Shown here piece after piece: positions 26,485 to 33,779 of a DNA stretch of 64,000 nt. Within the stretch, counting starts at the first letter, position 1, and every line of letters begins with the position of its first letter. The stretch covers positions 1,672 through 65,671 of the forward strand of contig CAZNFL010000007.1 in NCBI GenBank assembly GCA_964572455.1, in the 5' to 3' direction. The stretch is from an uncultured Anaerolineaceae bacterium (GTDB taxonomy: Bacteria; Chloroflexota; Anaerolineae; Anaerolineales; UBA11579). A program made the translations under genes and the position numbers. Under the pieces are notes generated by a model. The model had not been told where the DNA came from. It did no database searches and worked only from the letters and a program-made list of their open reading frames with translations.

Positions 26485-26867
26485 AGTGGAAAAACAGAAA
26501 CCCCAATTTATCTGACGAATTTTCACGTCTCACGGGACTGGATCCGTACGAATTATTAAATGTTCCAAGAAATGCGACGAAAGACGAGGTAAAAACCGCC
26601 TACTTAACTCTAGTGAAGGTTTATCATCCAGACAAGGCTGACCCGTTCATGAAGGCGCACAACGAGCAAATTATTAAGCTCATAAATTTAGCTTACGGAA
26701 AATTAATTGGTAGGTTTGCGGAGAACAATGACGAATCTATGTGTTACAAACGCGCGTTCGCGCAATCATGTCACATTTGGAATCAGATTATCGTGAATTG
26801 GGGGGCTTGCTTATTGGTCATGTTTGGCAAAATCAAGGTCATTCTCAGAATCCAAGCGCACCACTAA
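26481..26867 (+). CDS. Islet gene 2: stand-alone J-domain (DnaJ-like) protein
   Basis: DPYELLNVPRNATKDEVKTAYLTLVKVYHPDKADP...INLAYGKL is a complete J domain with the HPD tripeptide. The last ~40 codons of the ORF overlap the JAMM reading frame and are probably not genuine. Confidence 0.75.
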   Translation: MKWKNRNPNLSDEFSRLTGLDPYELLNVPRNATKDEVKTAYLTLVKVYHPDKADPFMKAHNEQIIKLINLAYGKLIGRFAENNDESMCYKRAFAQSCHIWNQIIVNWGACLLVMFGKIKVILRIQAHH

Positions 26868-27188
26868 TAATTATCAATGAAATCTGTTAGTAGCATTAGT
26901 TATCGAAATTCTGCTGTCGCACTAGAAATGAGCTCCGAAATATGGAATCAATTAGCTGGACGTAATCACGAAGACCTTGTTGTCGGTTGGTACCACAGCC
27001 ACCCGAACCTCGGGGCATTTTTTAGTGGCACGGATCGAAAAACACAAAAAGCATTTTTTAATCATGCCTATTCATTGGGTTGGGTAATTGATCCAATTAA
27101 AAAAGAGCAGAAGGTCTTTGTTGCAGGTGAATCAATTGAATATGGCCATCCAATTATGGTGCTTGAGCATGGTTTGGCGCTGGCGTAA
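26741..27188 (+). pseudogene. Islet gene 3: JAMM/MPN+ metallopeptidase, split over two reading frames
   Basis: The frame of 26741-26890 reads VLQTRVRAIMSHLESDYRELGGLLIGHV.. (catalytic Glu context E.GG.L.G). The frame of 26877-27188 reads ..EDLVVGWYHSHPNLGAFFSGTD (H-x-H-x7-S-x2-D). Joining them needs a +1 shift near 26876-26888. Confidence 0.75.
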
Positions 27189-27447
27189 ATATATTAATAT
27201 CGGAGGGGGCGTCCGTGGTTCTGTATCTCGGAGCGGTGTTGGGTGGAGCTGGGGATTTCCAGGATTTAGAATTGGAAAAGGGGCAGACGGATCTAACTGG
27301 ATTTCATTCGGAATTCCCGGATTGGGCCTTTATTTTACGAAGCGCTTTAATAGACCTTATTGGAATCGGGCAGCTAGCATAGAATATGAAAATACTGCAA
27401 GTAAAATGCGAAAAACGAAAGTTAAGAGTTGGAAAAATATTAAATAG
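27169..27447 (+). CDS. Islet gene 4: DUF4236-like small protein
   Basis: MVWRWRKYINIGGGVRGSVSRSGVGWSWGFPGFRIGKGADGSNWISFGIPGLGLYFTKRF matches my recollection of the DUF4236 pattern (RFRKSI.LG.GVRLN.SKSG.S.S.G..G.R...G.....S.GIPGTGL). It overlaps the JAMM stop by 20 nt. Confidence 0.6.
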   Translation: MVWRWRKYINIGGGVRGSVSRSGVGWSWGFPGFRIGKGADGSNWISFGIPGLGLYFTKRFNRPYWNRAASIEYENTASKMRKTKVKSWKNIK

Positions 27448-27501
27448 CTGCCCTCCACCCTTGCGAACATTTTTATCAACTTGCTTCTAAATCACTTGTA
27501 A

Positions 27502-27577
27502 GGTGCCCCAGGTGGGACTCGAACCCACAACCTCAGCCTTAGGAGTGCTTTGCTCTATCCATTTGAGCTACCGGGGC
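27502..27577 (-). tRNA. tRNA-Arg (anticodon CCU) with a weak anticodon stem
   Basis: Minus strand: GCCCCGG-TA-GCTC-AAATGGATA-GAGC-A-AAGCA-CTCCTAA-GGCTG-AGGTT-GTGGG-TTCGAGT-CCCAC-CTGGGGC-A-CC. Acceptor, D and T arms are canonical. The anticodon stem has only 3 Watson-Crick pairs flanked by A/G mismatches. Confidence 0.8.
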
Positions 27578-27702
27578 GTGCCAACGCCAAAAGCTGGCGT
27601 TGTCTTAAGAGTTTCTACTCGGTTTCACCGAATAACGAAACTCCACGACTGCGAGTTTACACCGTCCAAGGTCCCACGTCTAGGCGTCCGGCGTCAGAGG
27701 CT

Positions 27703-28482
27703 TTACCGGCCCTTCCATTCCGGTTTGCGCTTCTCGCTAAAAGAGCGCATGCCTTCCTTCTGGTCTTCGGTGGCGAACAGGAAGTAGAAGGCCTGGCGCT
27801 CTTCGGCGATGCCGTCCGCCAGATGCGTTTCCTGGGCGCGGTTCACCGCTTCCTTACCCAGGCGCACCGCCAGCGGAGCTCGGGAGGCGATCTCGCTAGC
27901 CAATTCGAGAGCTACGTCCAGGTAACGCTCGACTGGGACTACGCGATTGACCAGCCCATAGCGCAGCGCCTCTTCGGCGGTCAGGTTGCGGTTGTTCAGC
28001 ACCATCTCCATGGCCAGCGCCTTACCTACCGCCCGCGTCAGGCGCTGGGTGCCGCCCGCCCCAGGGATCACGCCCAGGTTGATCTCGGGCTGGCCAAAGC
28101 GAGCCGTCTCGGAGGCCACGATCATGTCGCAAGACAGGGCTAGTTCGTTGCCGCCGCCCAGGCACCAGCCGGAAACCGCGGCAATCACGGGCTTGGAGAT
28201 CTTGCGGATACGGTCAAAGGGCGAGATATGCCCTTTGAGCAACAGCTCGATCGAGGAAGACTCCGCCATCTCCTTGATGTCGGCGCCGGCGGCGAAAGCA
28301 CGCGCGTCACCGGTGAGCACGAAGGCGCCGATGGCCGCGTCCGCGTCCAGCTTTTCCAGCGCGTCCATCAGCTCGAGCATCAGCGGCGTATTGAGCGCGT
28401 TCATCGCCTCGGGCCGGTTGAGGCGCAGCAAGGCCACCCGCCCGCGGATCTCGGTGAGGATAAGAGAATTGGAGTTAAGCAT
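27703..28482 (-). CDS. Enoyl-CoA hydratase/isomerase (crotonase) family
   Basis: FVLTGDARAFAAGADIKEM and GWCLGGGNELALSCDMIVASETARFGQPEINLGVIPGAGGTQRL. Confidence 0.9.
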   Translation of the reverse strand: MLNSNSLILTEIRGRVALLRLNRPEAMNALNTPLMLELMDALEKLDADAAIGAFVLTGDARAFAAGADIKEMAESSSIELLLKGHISPFDRIRKISKPVIAAVSGWCLGGGNELALSCDMIVASETARFGQPEINLGVIPGAGGTQRLTRAVGKALAMEMVLNNRNLTAEEALRYGLVNRVVPVERYLDVALELASEIASRAPLAVRLGKEAVNRAQETHLADGIAEERQAFYFLFATEDQKEGMRSFSEKRKPEWKGR

Positions 28483-28501
28483 AAAGGCTCCTTCGATTGG
28501 A

Positions 28502-29125
28502 TTAGGGATTGGAAATTGGAGATCGTTTCTGCAGGCAAATCTTCAGGATGCTTTGTGCGTCGGCTTGCTCTCCGGAAAAAGAATGAACTTGAATGTTGTG
28601 CGCTGCGAATTCGGCGGAAGCAGCTTGGGTGAGCGCTCCCAACCCGGCGGCTGCGGCTTCGTACACCGGTGAAGCGACTTGGCAGCTTTGCAGTATGTTC
28701 ACTATCACCCCGCCGCCCAACTGGCGCATGACGCGGCCTACTGATTGCATACAAAGGAAGGCCGCGCTGAGATTGAGATCCAAAGCGCGGTGCCAATCCC
28801 ATTCGTCCAAGTCCAGCAGCGGGCCACTGGGCTGCACAGACGGAATGAAGACGAGGATGTCGATGCGCTCCCAGGCCTCCAGGATCTCTTGCAGCATGGT
28901 TTGTAAAGCCAGCTTGCGGCTCAGGTCGGCCGGGAGAGCTACGGCTTCGCCGTTGGCTTCGCCACCGGCCGCGTTGAGCTCAGCGGCCAGAGCCTCGATG
29001 TGGTTGGGCAGCAGGTCATTCAATGCGACCCGTAACCCGCCTGCGGCCAGGCCGCGGGCCAGTTGTTCGCCCAGCGGCGAGCCGGCGCCGACGACCAAAG
29101 CGACTCGGGAGTTATTGTTGGTCAT
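28502..29125 (-). CDS. Short-chain dehydrogenase/reductase-like protein with a degenerate active site
   Basis: Rossmann VVGAGSPLGEQLA. The usual Y-x3-K reads PVYEAAAAGL (Lys replaced by Ala). It is short (207 aa). Confidence 0.6.
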   Translation of the reverse strand: MTNNNSRVALVVGAGSPLGEQLARGLAAGGLRVALNDLLPNHIEALAAELNAAGGEANGEAVALPADLSRKLALQTMLQEILEAWERIDILVFIPSVQPSGPLLDLDEWDWHRALDLNLSAAFLCMQSVGRVMRQLGGGVIVNILQSCQVASPVYEAAAAGLGALTQAASAEFAAHNIQVHSFSGEQADAQSILKICLQKRSPISNP

Positions 29126-29142
29126 TGGACTTCTGAGCAGTC

Positions 29143-29228
29143 GTCATTGCGAGGAGTGCCCACATGGTGGGCCGACGTGGCAATCTCCCTCTAAATGAGG
29201 GAGACTGCTTCGCTTCGCTCGCAGTGAC
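29143..29228. repeat. Short inverted-repeat element, variant A
   Basis: GTCATTGCGAGGAGTG..GGCAATCTCCCTCtaaatGAGGGAGACTGCTTCGC..CTCGCAGTGAC, with terminal inverted repeats and an internal hairpin. Confidence 0.6.
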
Positions 29229-29235
29229 CGTATTG

Positions 29236-30006
29236 TTACTGTCCATCTGGTTCTACCAGATCCCAATTCTCGACAATGAACTCTCCGGCGCACAGCGGGA
29301 TCTCGTCGGGGTTCTTGCGGTGGTTGAGTGCTAGATTGAAATATGGGCTGGGGTCATAGGTGTTGCGAATGTCCAATTCGTTGAGGAAGTCCCCGCTTTC
29401 ATCCTTTACAACAGAGAAATGCAAGTGCAGGCCGGTGGGGTTGCCCGGGTCACCGGAGAAGTCGCCCATATATCCAAGAAAGGTGCCGGCTTCCACGAAT
29501 TTTTCCGATGTGCCTTGGGGGAACTCTTCGGAAATGAAACTCTCTCCATCTTGGTTGGCGAGGTGCGTGTAATAGGTCCAGATCTGGCGGCCGGGGTTCA
29601 GCGGGTCACTGGGGATGCGGATAATGACCGTGGCGATCCAATCCGGCAGCCGCGAGAGGTAGCCGGGATAGGCGACGTAGACCGGCGTCACCCCGGGCTC
29701 AGCACCTGAGAAGATGTCGATGCCCGCGTGGCGGTGGAGGAAGCGGTACGACTGGTCCCACAGCCCGAGGATCACGCCGCGCGTAGGAAACGCAAACGGC
29801 GCCTCGCCGCAACGCAGGCCGGGCAGCAAGGCATAGTGGGCGAAGATCTCAGGGTCGGCGCGCAATTCAGCAAAGCGCGCCCAGCGGCCGGAGGGTCGCA
29901 CATATTCAAAATACCCATAGGCGGCTATGAGAATTGCTGCAACAACTACGAGGGCAATAATTGCGATCAGCATTTGCCTGCGAGCAACTACTTTTTTATG
30001 TGTCAT
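29236..30006 (-). CDS. Membrane-anchored M23 (LytM-type) metallopeptidase
   Basis: N-terminal TM helix. HRHAGIDIF (HxxxD) and GLHLHFSV (HxH). Confidence 0.85.
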   Translation of the reverse strand: MTHKKVVARRQMLIAIIALVVVAAILIAAYGYFEYVRPSGRWARFAELRADPEIFAHYALLPGLRCGEAPFAFPTRGVILGLWDQSYRFLHRHAGIDIFSGAEPGVTPVYVAYPGYLSRLPDWIATVIIRIPSDPLNPGRQIWTYYTHLANQDGESFISEEFPQGTSEKFVEAGTFLGYMGDFSGDPGNPTGLHLHFSVVKDESGDFLNELDIRNTYDPSPYFNLALNHRKNPDEIPLCAGEFIVENWDLVEPDGQ

Positions 30007-30020
30007 TCAGAGTCGCCCGG

Positions 30021-30155
30021 GTGTCATTCTGAGCGAGTAAGGCTTGCGCTGCAAGCCGTGACGACGCGAAGAAGTATCGAAACCTCTTTTTTCGAATCAC
30101 ATGAACCTGGCACAAAGATGATAACGATAGCTCTTCGCTGCGCTCAGAGTGACAC
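30021..30155. repeat. Short inverted-repeat element, variant B (GTGTCATTCTGAGCG ... CGCTCAGAGTGACAC)
   Basis: 15-nt termini are reverse complements with 1 mismatch. A further half-site GTGTCATTCAGAGTCG sits at 29999-30014 across the M23 start codon. Confidence 0.6.
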
Positions 30156-30164
30156 AAAACGTTT

Positions 30165-30527
30165 CTATGCCCGTTTGCTGGGCGGCGCGGGTTCTTCGGC
30201 CGGTTGGTGCCGGTGGATGTGGGAAAGCTCGTCCTGCAGGTGGTCGGCCAGCAGCAGGGTCAGCTTGCCGCCGCTGATCTCCTGCAACAGCTGCCCGGCG
30301 CTCTTCCCGGCGGGCGAAGCCATGGCGTCCGTCGCCGCCGTCAGCGAGTCGAAGTGCAGTTCGTGGATCAGGTGCGCCGGCTTGCCATGCAGCACGCGGT
30401 CCACCCGCGCGGTCACCTCGCGGCGCAGGCCGGGCATACGCTCCGCCTTGGCCAGGAACTCCGGCCAGCGGCGGTCAAACTCGGCCGAATGGTCCTGGGG
30501 TTCGATCAGGATGACCAATTTGTACAT
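30165..30527 (-). CDS. EthD-like small protein (tentative)
   Basis: MYKLVILIE.. start and ~120-aa size fit EthD-type ferredoxin-like proteins. A TATAAT at 30538-30543 argues for the ATG at 30527 rather than 30539 or 30575. Confidence 0.5.
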   Translation of the reverse strand: MYKLVILIEPQDHSAEFDRRWPEFLAKAERMPGLRREVTARVDRVLHGKPAHLIHELHFDSLTAATDAMASPAGKSAGQLLQEISGGKLTLLLADHLQDELSHIHRHQPAEEPAPPSKRA

Positions 30528-30636
30528 AGGGTCAGGCATTATAACCTTGCGCTTTTTTGCCCAATCGACTCTCATGCAATGCGCAAATGTGTATGGTAAT
30601 ATTCGCCGCTATAAGGTTCAGGATAGGCGCATAAAG

Positions 30637-31017
30637 ATGCAAGAGAAGATCACTATCATCGAAGGCCCCGCCCCGACTTTTGAAGTCGTGGACGAGGGCT
30701 GGTCCACGGGGGTGATGGAAGGCCCGTCACTGTATGGAGTAGCGCTGACCCATCTGCGCACCTTCAATGGCCGCGAGCTGGTGGAGCGCTGCCACCGGGC
30801 CTGGAAGAAAGCCGAGAATATCTCGCTGGAATATCGCGACGAAGATGGCGGCCACAAAGAAGCGCCCATCCTGGCGGCGCGCGCCGCCGAAACAGACGAA
30901 GGCGAACTGCTCATGCTGTGGGTGCGCCTGCCCGACGAAGAGATCGAACTGGCCATCGGCTACGAAGATGATGAGCCCGAGGACAGCGAAAGCGACGACC
31001 TCGACCCGCTAGTCTAG
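30637..31017 (+). CDS. Hypothetical acidic protein (126 aa)
   Basis: This is the only plausible part of the 429-aa track ORF 29728..31017. It starts at ATG 30637 (MQEKITIIEGPAPTFEV..) and has an acidic tail DDEPEDSESDDLD. Confidence 0.5.
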   Translation: MQEKITIIEGPAPTFEVVDEGWSTGVMEGPSLYGVALTHLRTFNGRELVERCHRAWKKAENISLEYRDEDGGHKEAPILAARAAETDEGELLMLWVRLPDEEIELAIGYEDDEPEDSESDDLDPLV

Positions 31018-31053
31018 TTTCCCTAATAAAATATTCAATATCTAAAAGTCATT

Positions 31054-31093
31054 CAATACGAAACACGCAACCCATATTGCGTGTTTCGTATTG
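31054..31093. promoter_or_regulatory. Perfect 17-bp-arm palindrome upstream of the crotonase gene
   Basis: CAATACGAAACACGCAA-cccata-TTGCGTGTTTCGTATTG, 25 nt upstream of the ATG at 31118. Could be an operator or an RNA hairpin. Confidence 0.5.
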
Positions 31094-31117
31094 CGTGTCA
31101 ATCTTGAGGAGAAATCT

Positions 31118-31891
31118 ATGCCCGACGTGATCTTGAGAGAGCTTAAGGACGGCGTGCTGGCCTTGACCCTGAACCGGCCGAAGGCTAATGCCTTTGATTC
31201 CCCGATGGTAGCTCTCATGCAAGGCTTCTTAAAAGAAGCCGCCCGCGACAGCGGCGTGCGCTGTGTGCTGCTGAAAGCCAACGGGAAGCTGTTCAGCGCC
31301 GGGCAGGACGTCACCGAATTCGGCGGTGGTGAGCATGTTTCCTTCCGCAAACATCTGCTAAAAAACTACAACCCGCTCATCTTGCAGATGCGCCAACTGG
31401 AGAAACCGATCCTGGCTTCCATCCAGGGCGCGGCGGCGGGCGCCGCGCTGGGTATCGCCCTGGCCTGCGATCTGCGCATCGGCTCGCCCGAGGCGCGCTT
31501 CGTTGTTGGTTTTAGCGGCATCGGCTTGGCGCCGGATTCGGCGGTCTCGCTGCTGCTGCCGACCCTCATCGGGTTGGGCCGCGCCGCGCAGGCTACCTTC
31601 TTCAATGAGCCGATCAGCGCCGAACTGGCGCTGGACTGGGGGCTGCTCAATGCGGTGGTTCCAGCAGAGGAGCTGGAAGCAAAAGCCTGGGACTGGGCGA
31701 CAAAACTGGCCAAAGGGCCGGTGGGCGCTATGGGCCTATCTAAGCGCGACTTCAACAAAGCCATGCTGCCCAACCTGGAGGAAGTGCTGGACTACGAAGC
31801 GCACACCCAGGAGATCGCCGGTGAAGGCGCGGATCACAAAGAAGGCCTGGCCGCGTTCTTGGAAAAGCGCGAGCCGAAATATTTCAAATGA
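31118..31891 (+). CDS. Enoyl-CoA hydratase/isomerase family protein
   Basis: VLLKANGKLFSAGQDVTEF and GAAAGAALGIALACDLRIGSPEARF. GAGGAG RBS at 31106-31111 precedes ATG 31118. Confidence 0.85.
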   Translation: MPDVILRELKDGVLALTLNRPKANAFDSPMVALMQGFLKEAARDSGVRCVLLKANGKLFSAGQDVTEFGGGEHVSFRKHLLKNYNPLILQMRQLEKPILASIQGAAAGAALGIALACDLRIGSPEARFVVGFSGIGLAPDSAVSLLLPTLIGLGRAAQATFFNEPISAELALDWGLLNAVVPAEELEAKAWDWATKLAKGPVGAMGLSKRDFNKAMLPNLEEVLDYEAHTQEIAGEGADHKEGLAAFLEKREPKYFK

Positions 31892-31903
31892 CCTTTGGGG
31901 GAC

Positions 31904-32704
31904 CTAAAAGAACTTAAGGCTGGCTAAGCCAAGGAAAATGACAGCAACCAAAGAAGCAGCCAGCCAAACGCGGCCGGCAGAGGTGCGGTTCACCAGAGAA
32001 AATTCCACGCCTTCCGCTTCGAGGGAATAGAGCGGCGCGGCCAGCCAGGCGAATAAGCTGCCGCCCAACAGCCCGCCAACATGGCCCCAGTTGTCGATGC
32101 CCGGTGAAAGCCCGATCAGTAGATTGATCACGGCAATATTAAGGATACTGCGCAGGATAGCCTGGGCGCGGCGCCCGAAGAGCTTCTGATTGCGATAGAC
32201 GAAGACACCCTGGGCCCCCAGCAGGCCAAAGATCGCCGTAGAGGCTCCCAGGGACGGGCTGGCGGTCAGCAAGAACGACAACACGATCCCGGAAAAACCA
32301 CTGAGCAGATACATAATCAAGAATAGAACATGCCCAAAGTGGCGCTCCAGATCCGGCCCAAGGATATACAGCGCGTACATATTGAAGCCGATGTGCAATA
32401 ACGAGGCATGTAGTACGACCGGGGTAATAAAGCGCCACCATTGGCCGGCCAGGATGAGGTCGTTGATCTTCATGCCGAAACAAGCGGCCATATCGCCGCA
32501 GGCCACGTTGCCGACCACCAAGCCGGCGTCGGTGGTGGCCATTTGCAGCAGGAACACGCCGATGGTGATTCCCAGCAAGGTGTAGACCACGATCGGCGCG
32601 CGCTGCGGCAGGCGCACCGCGGCACGCACGGGTTCGATCTGGGCTAAGGGTTGGGGGTCTTGCGCTGGGTCTGGCGGGATGTCCGTATGCAGGGCCGCGC
32701 TCAC
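31904..32704 (-). CDS. Rhomboid-family intramembrane serine protease
   Basis: LHIGFNM (HxxxN), GASTAIFG (GxSxxxF catalytic Ser), WGHVGGLLGG (catalytic His); multiple TM helices. Confidence 0.88.
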   Translation of the reverse strand: MSAALHTDIPPDPAQDPQPLAQIEPVRAAVRLPQRAPIVVYTLLGITIGVFLLQMATTDAGLVVGNVACGDMAACFGMKINDLILAGQWWRFITPVVLHASLLHIGFNMYALYILGPDLERHFGHVLFLIMYLLSGFSGIVLSFLLTASPSLGASTAIFGLLGAQGVFVYRNQKLFGRRAQAILRSILNIAVINLLIGLSPGIDNWGHVGGLLGGSLFAWLAAPLYSLEAEGVEFSLVNRTSAGRVWLAASLVAVIFLGLASLKFF

Positions 32705-33321
32705 AAATTCACCCGGCGCGGCTCCACGCGGTGGTGCTCGGCTTGGATGATGTCGTTGATCACCTCAACGGTGGCATCCAGCTCGTCTTCCCGGTTGACC
32801 ACGATGTAATCGAATTCGTTGACCCGTTTGAATTCCTGGCGGGCGGTGGCGATGCGCAGCTTGAGATCTTCGGCTTTTTCGGTCTTGCGCTTCTTCAGAC
32901 GCTCAACTAACTCCTCTTCGCTGGAGGTGGTGAGAAAGACCAGGATGGCTTCGGGGGAGATCTTGCGAACGGTGGCTGCGCCTTGTACGTCTACGCGCAT
33001 GATCACATCCTTGCCGCTGGCCAGCGCCTTGCGCACTTGGGCCTTGGGGATGCCTTTGTATTCGCCATAAACCAGGGCGTACTCCATCAGTTCCCCCTTT
33101 TCGATCATCTCGGCGAATTCTTCTCGGCCCACGAAAATGTAATCGACCCCTTCTTTTTCTTCCAGGCGCTGCGGTCGAGTGGTGGCAGTCACAACGAAAT
33201 GGAAGGGCAGCCCGCGATCTTTCATGCGCTGCAGCACGCTGTCTTTGCCCACCCCAGACGGGCCGGAGATGACGATGAGCAACGGGACTTGCGGTGGGCC
33301 GAATTGGGGCGTGTCTTTCAA
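32701..33321 (-). CDS. gmk: Guanylate kinase
   Basis: GPSGVGKDS P-loop, TTRPQRLEEKEGVDYIFV. TTG start preceded by GGAGAA. Confidence 0.9.
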   Translation of the reverse strand: MKDTPQFGPPQVPLLIVISGPSGVGKDSVLQRMKDRGLPFHFVVTATTRPQRLEEKEGVDYIFVGREEFAEMIEKGELMEYALVYGEYKGIPKAQVRKALASGKDVIMRVDVQGAATVRKISPEAILVFLTTSSEEELVERLKKRKTEKAEDLKLRIATARQEFKRVNEFDYIVVNREDELDATVEVINDIIQAEHHRVEPRRVNL

Positions 33322-33395
33322 AAGTTCTCCGTGAGAGTCGTACTGGGAGGACCGTATTATACATGTGGCTCGGTATAATAAATTTTAGAGTCCAC

Positions 33396-33779
33396 ATGCC
33401 AGTCTATTCTTTTGTTTGCGAAAAATGCGGGGCGCGTTTTGCCCGTCACCTTTCCTACCAGGATTATGGCGCCACGAGGATCAATTGCCCCAAGTGCGGC
33501 GCGGCTGAGGTGCGCCGCCGCATCGGGCGGCCGCGCATGCTGCGCGGCGAGGGCAGCCACCTCGCCGACCTGGATGACCCCGGCGACCTGGAAGAGGACC
33601 CGCGCGCCATGGCGCGCATGATGCGCGAGATGAGCAGCGAGTCGGGCGAAGAGCTGGGACCGGAGTTCGACGAGGTGGTGGACCGGCTCGATAAAGGTCA
33701 AAGCCCCGAAGACATCGAGCGCGAACTGCCAGATATGGGGATGGGTGGAGACGATTTGGGTGCGGGGGATGAGTTCTAA
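33396..33779 (+). CDS. FmdB-family zinc-ribbon protein with acidic tail
   Basis: MPVYSFVCEKCG...INCPKCG (CxxC..CxxC at the N-terminus). TATAAT at 33374-33379 lies upstream. Confidence 0.75.
   Translation: MPVYSFVCEKCGARFARHLSYQDYGATRINCPKCGAAEVRRRIGRPRMLRGEGSHLADLDDPGDLEEDPRAMARMMREMSSESGEELGPEFDEVVDRLDKGQSPEDIERELPDMGMGGDDLGAGDEF

Noticed and set aside
27088-27168. First 27 codons of the track ORF 27088..27447
   Set aside because: They overlap the JAMM C-terminal coding region in another frame. The DUF4236-like pattern begins at the internal ATG 27169.
29728-30636. The first ~300 codons of the 429-aa plus-strand track ORF 29728..31017
   Set aside because: It runs antisense through the M23 peptidase gene, across the family-B repeat element, and antisense through the EthD-like gene. 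The translation is Arg/Ser/Cys-rich with no motifs. Only the last 126 codons (from ATG 30637) look like a gene.
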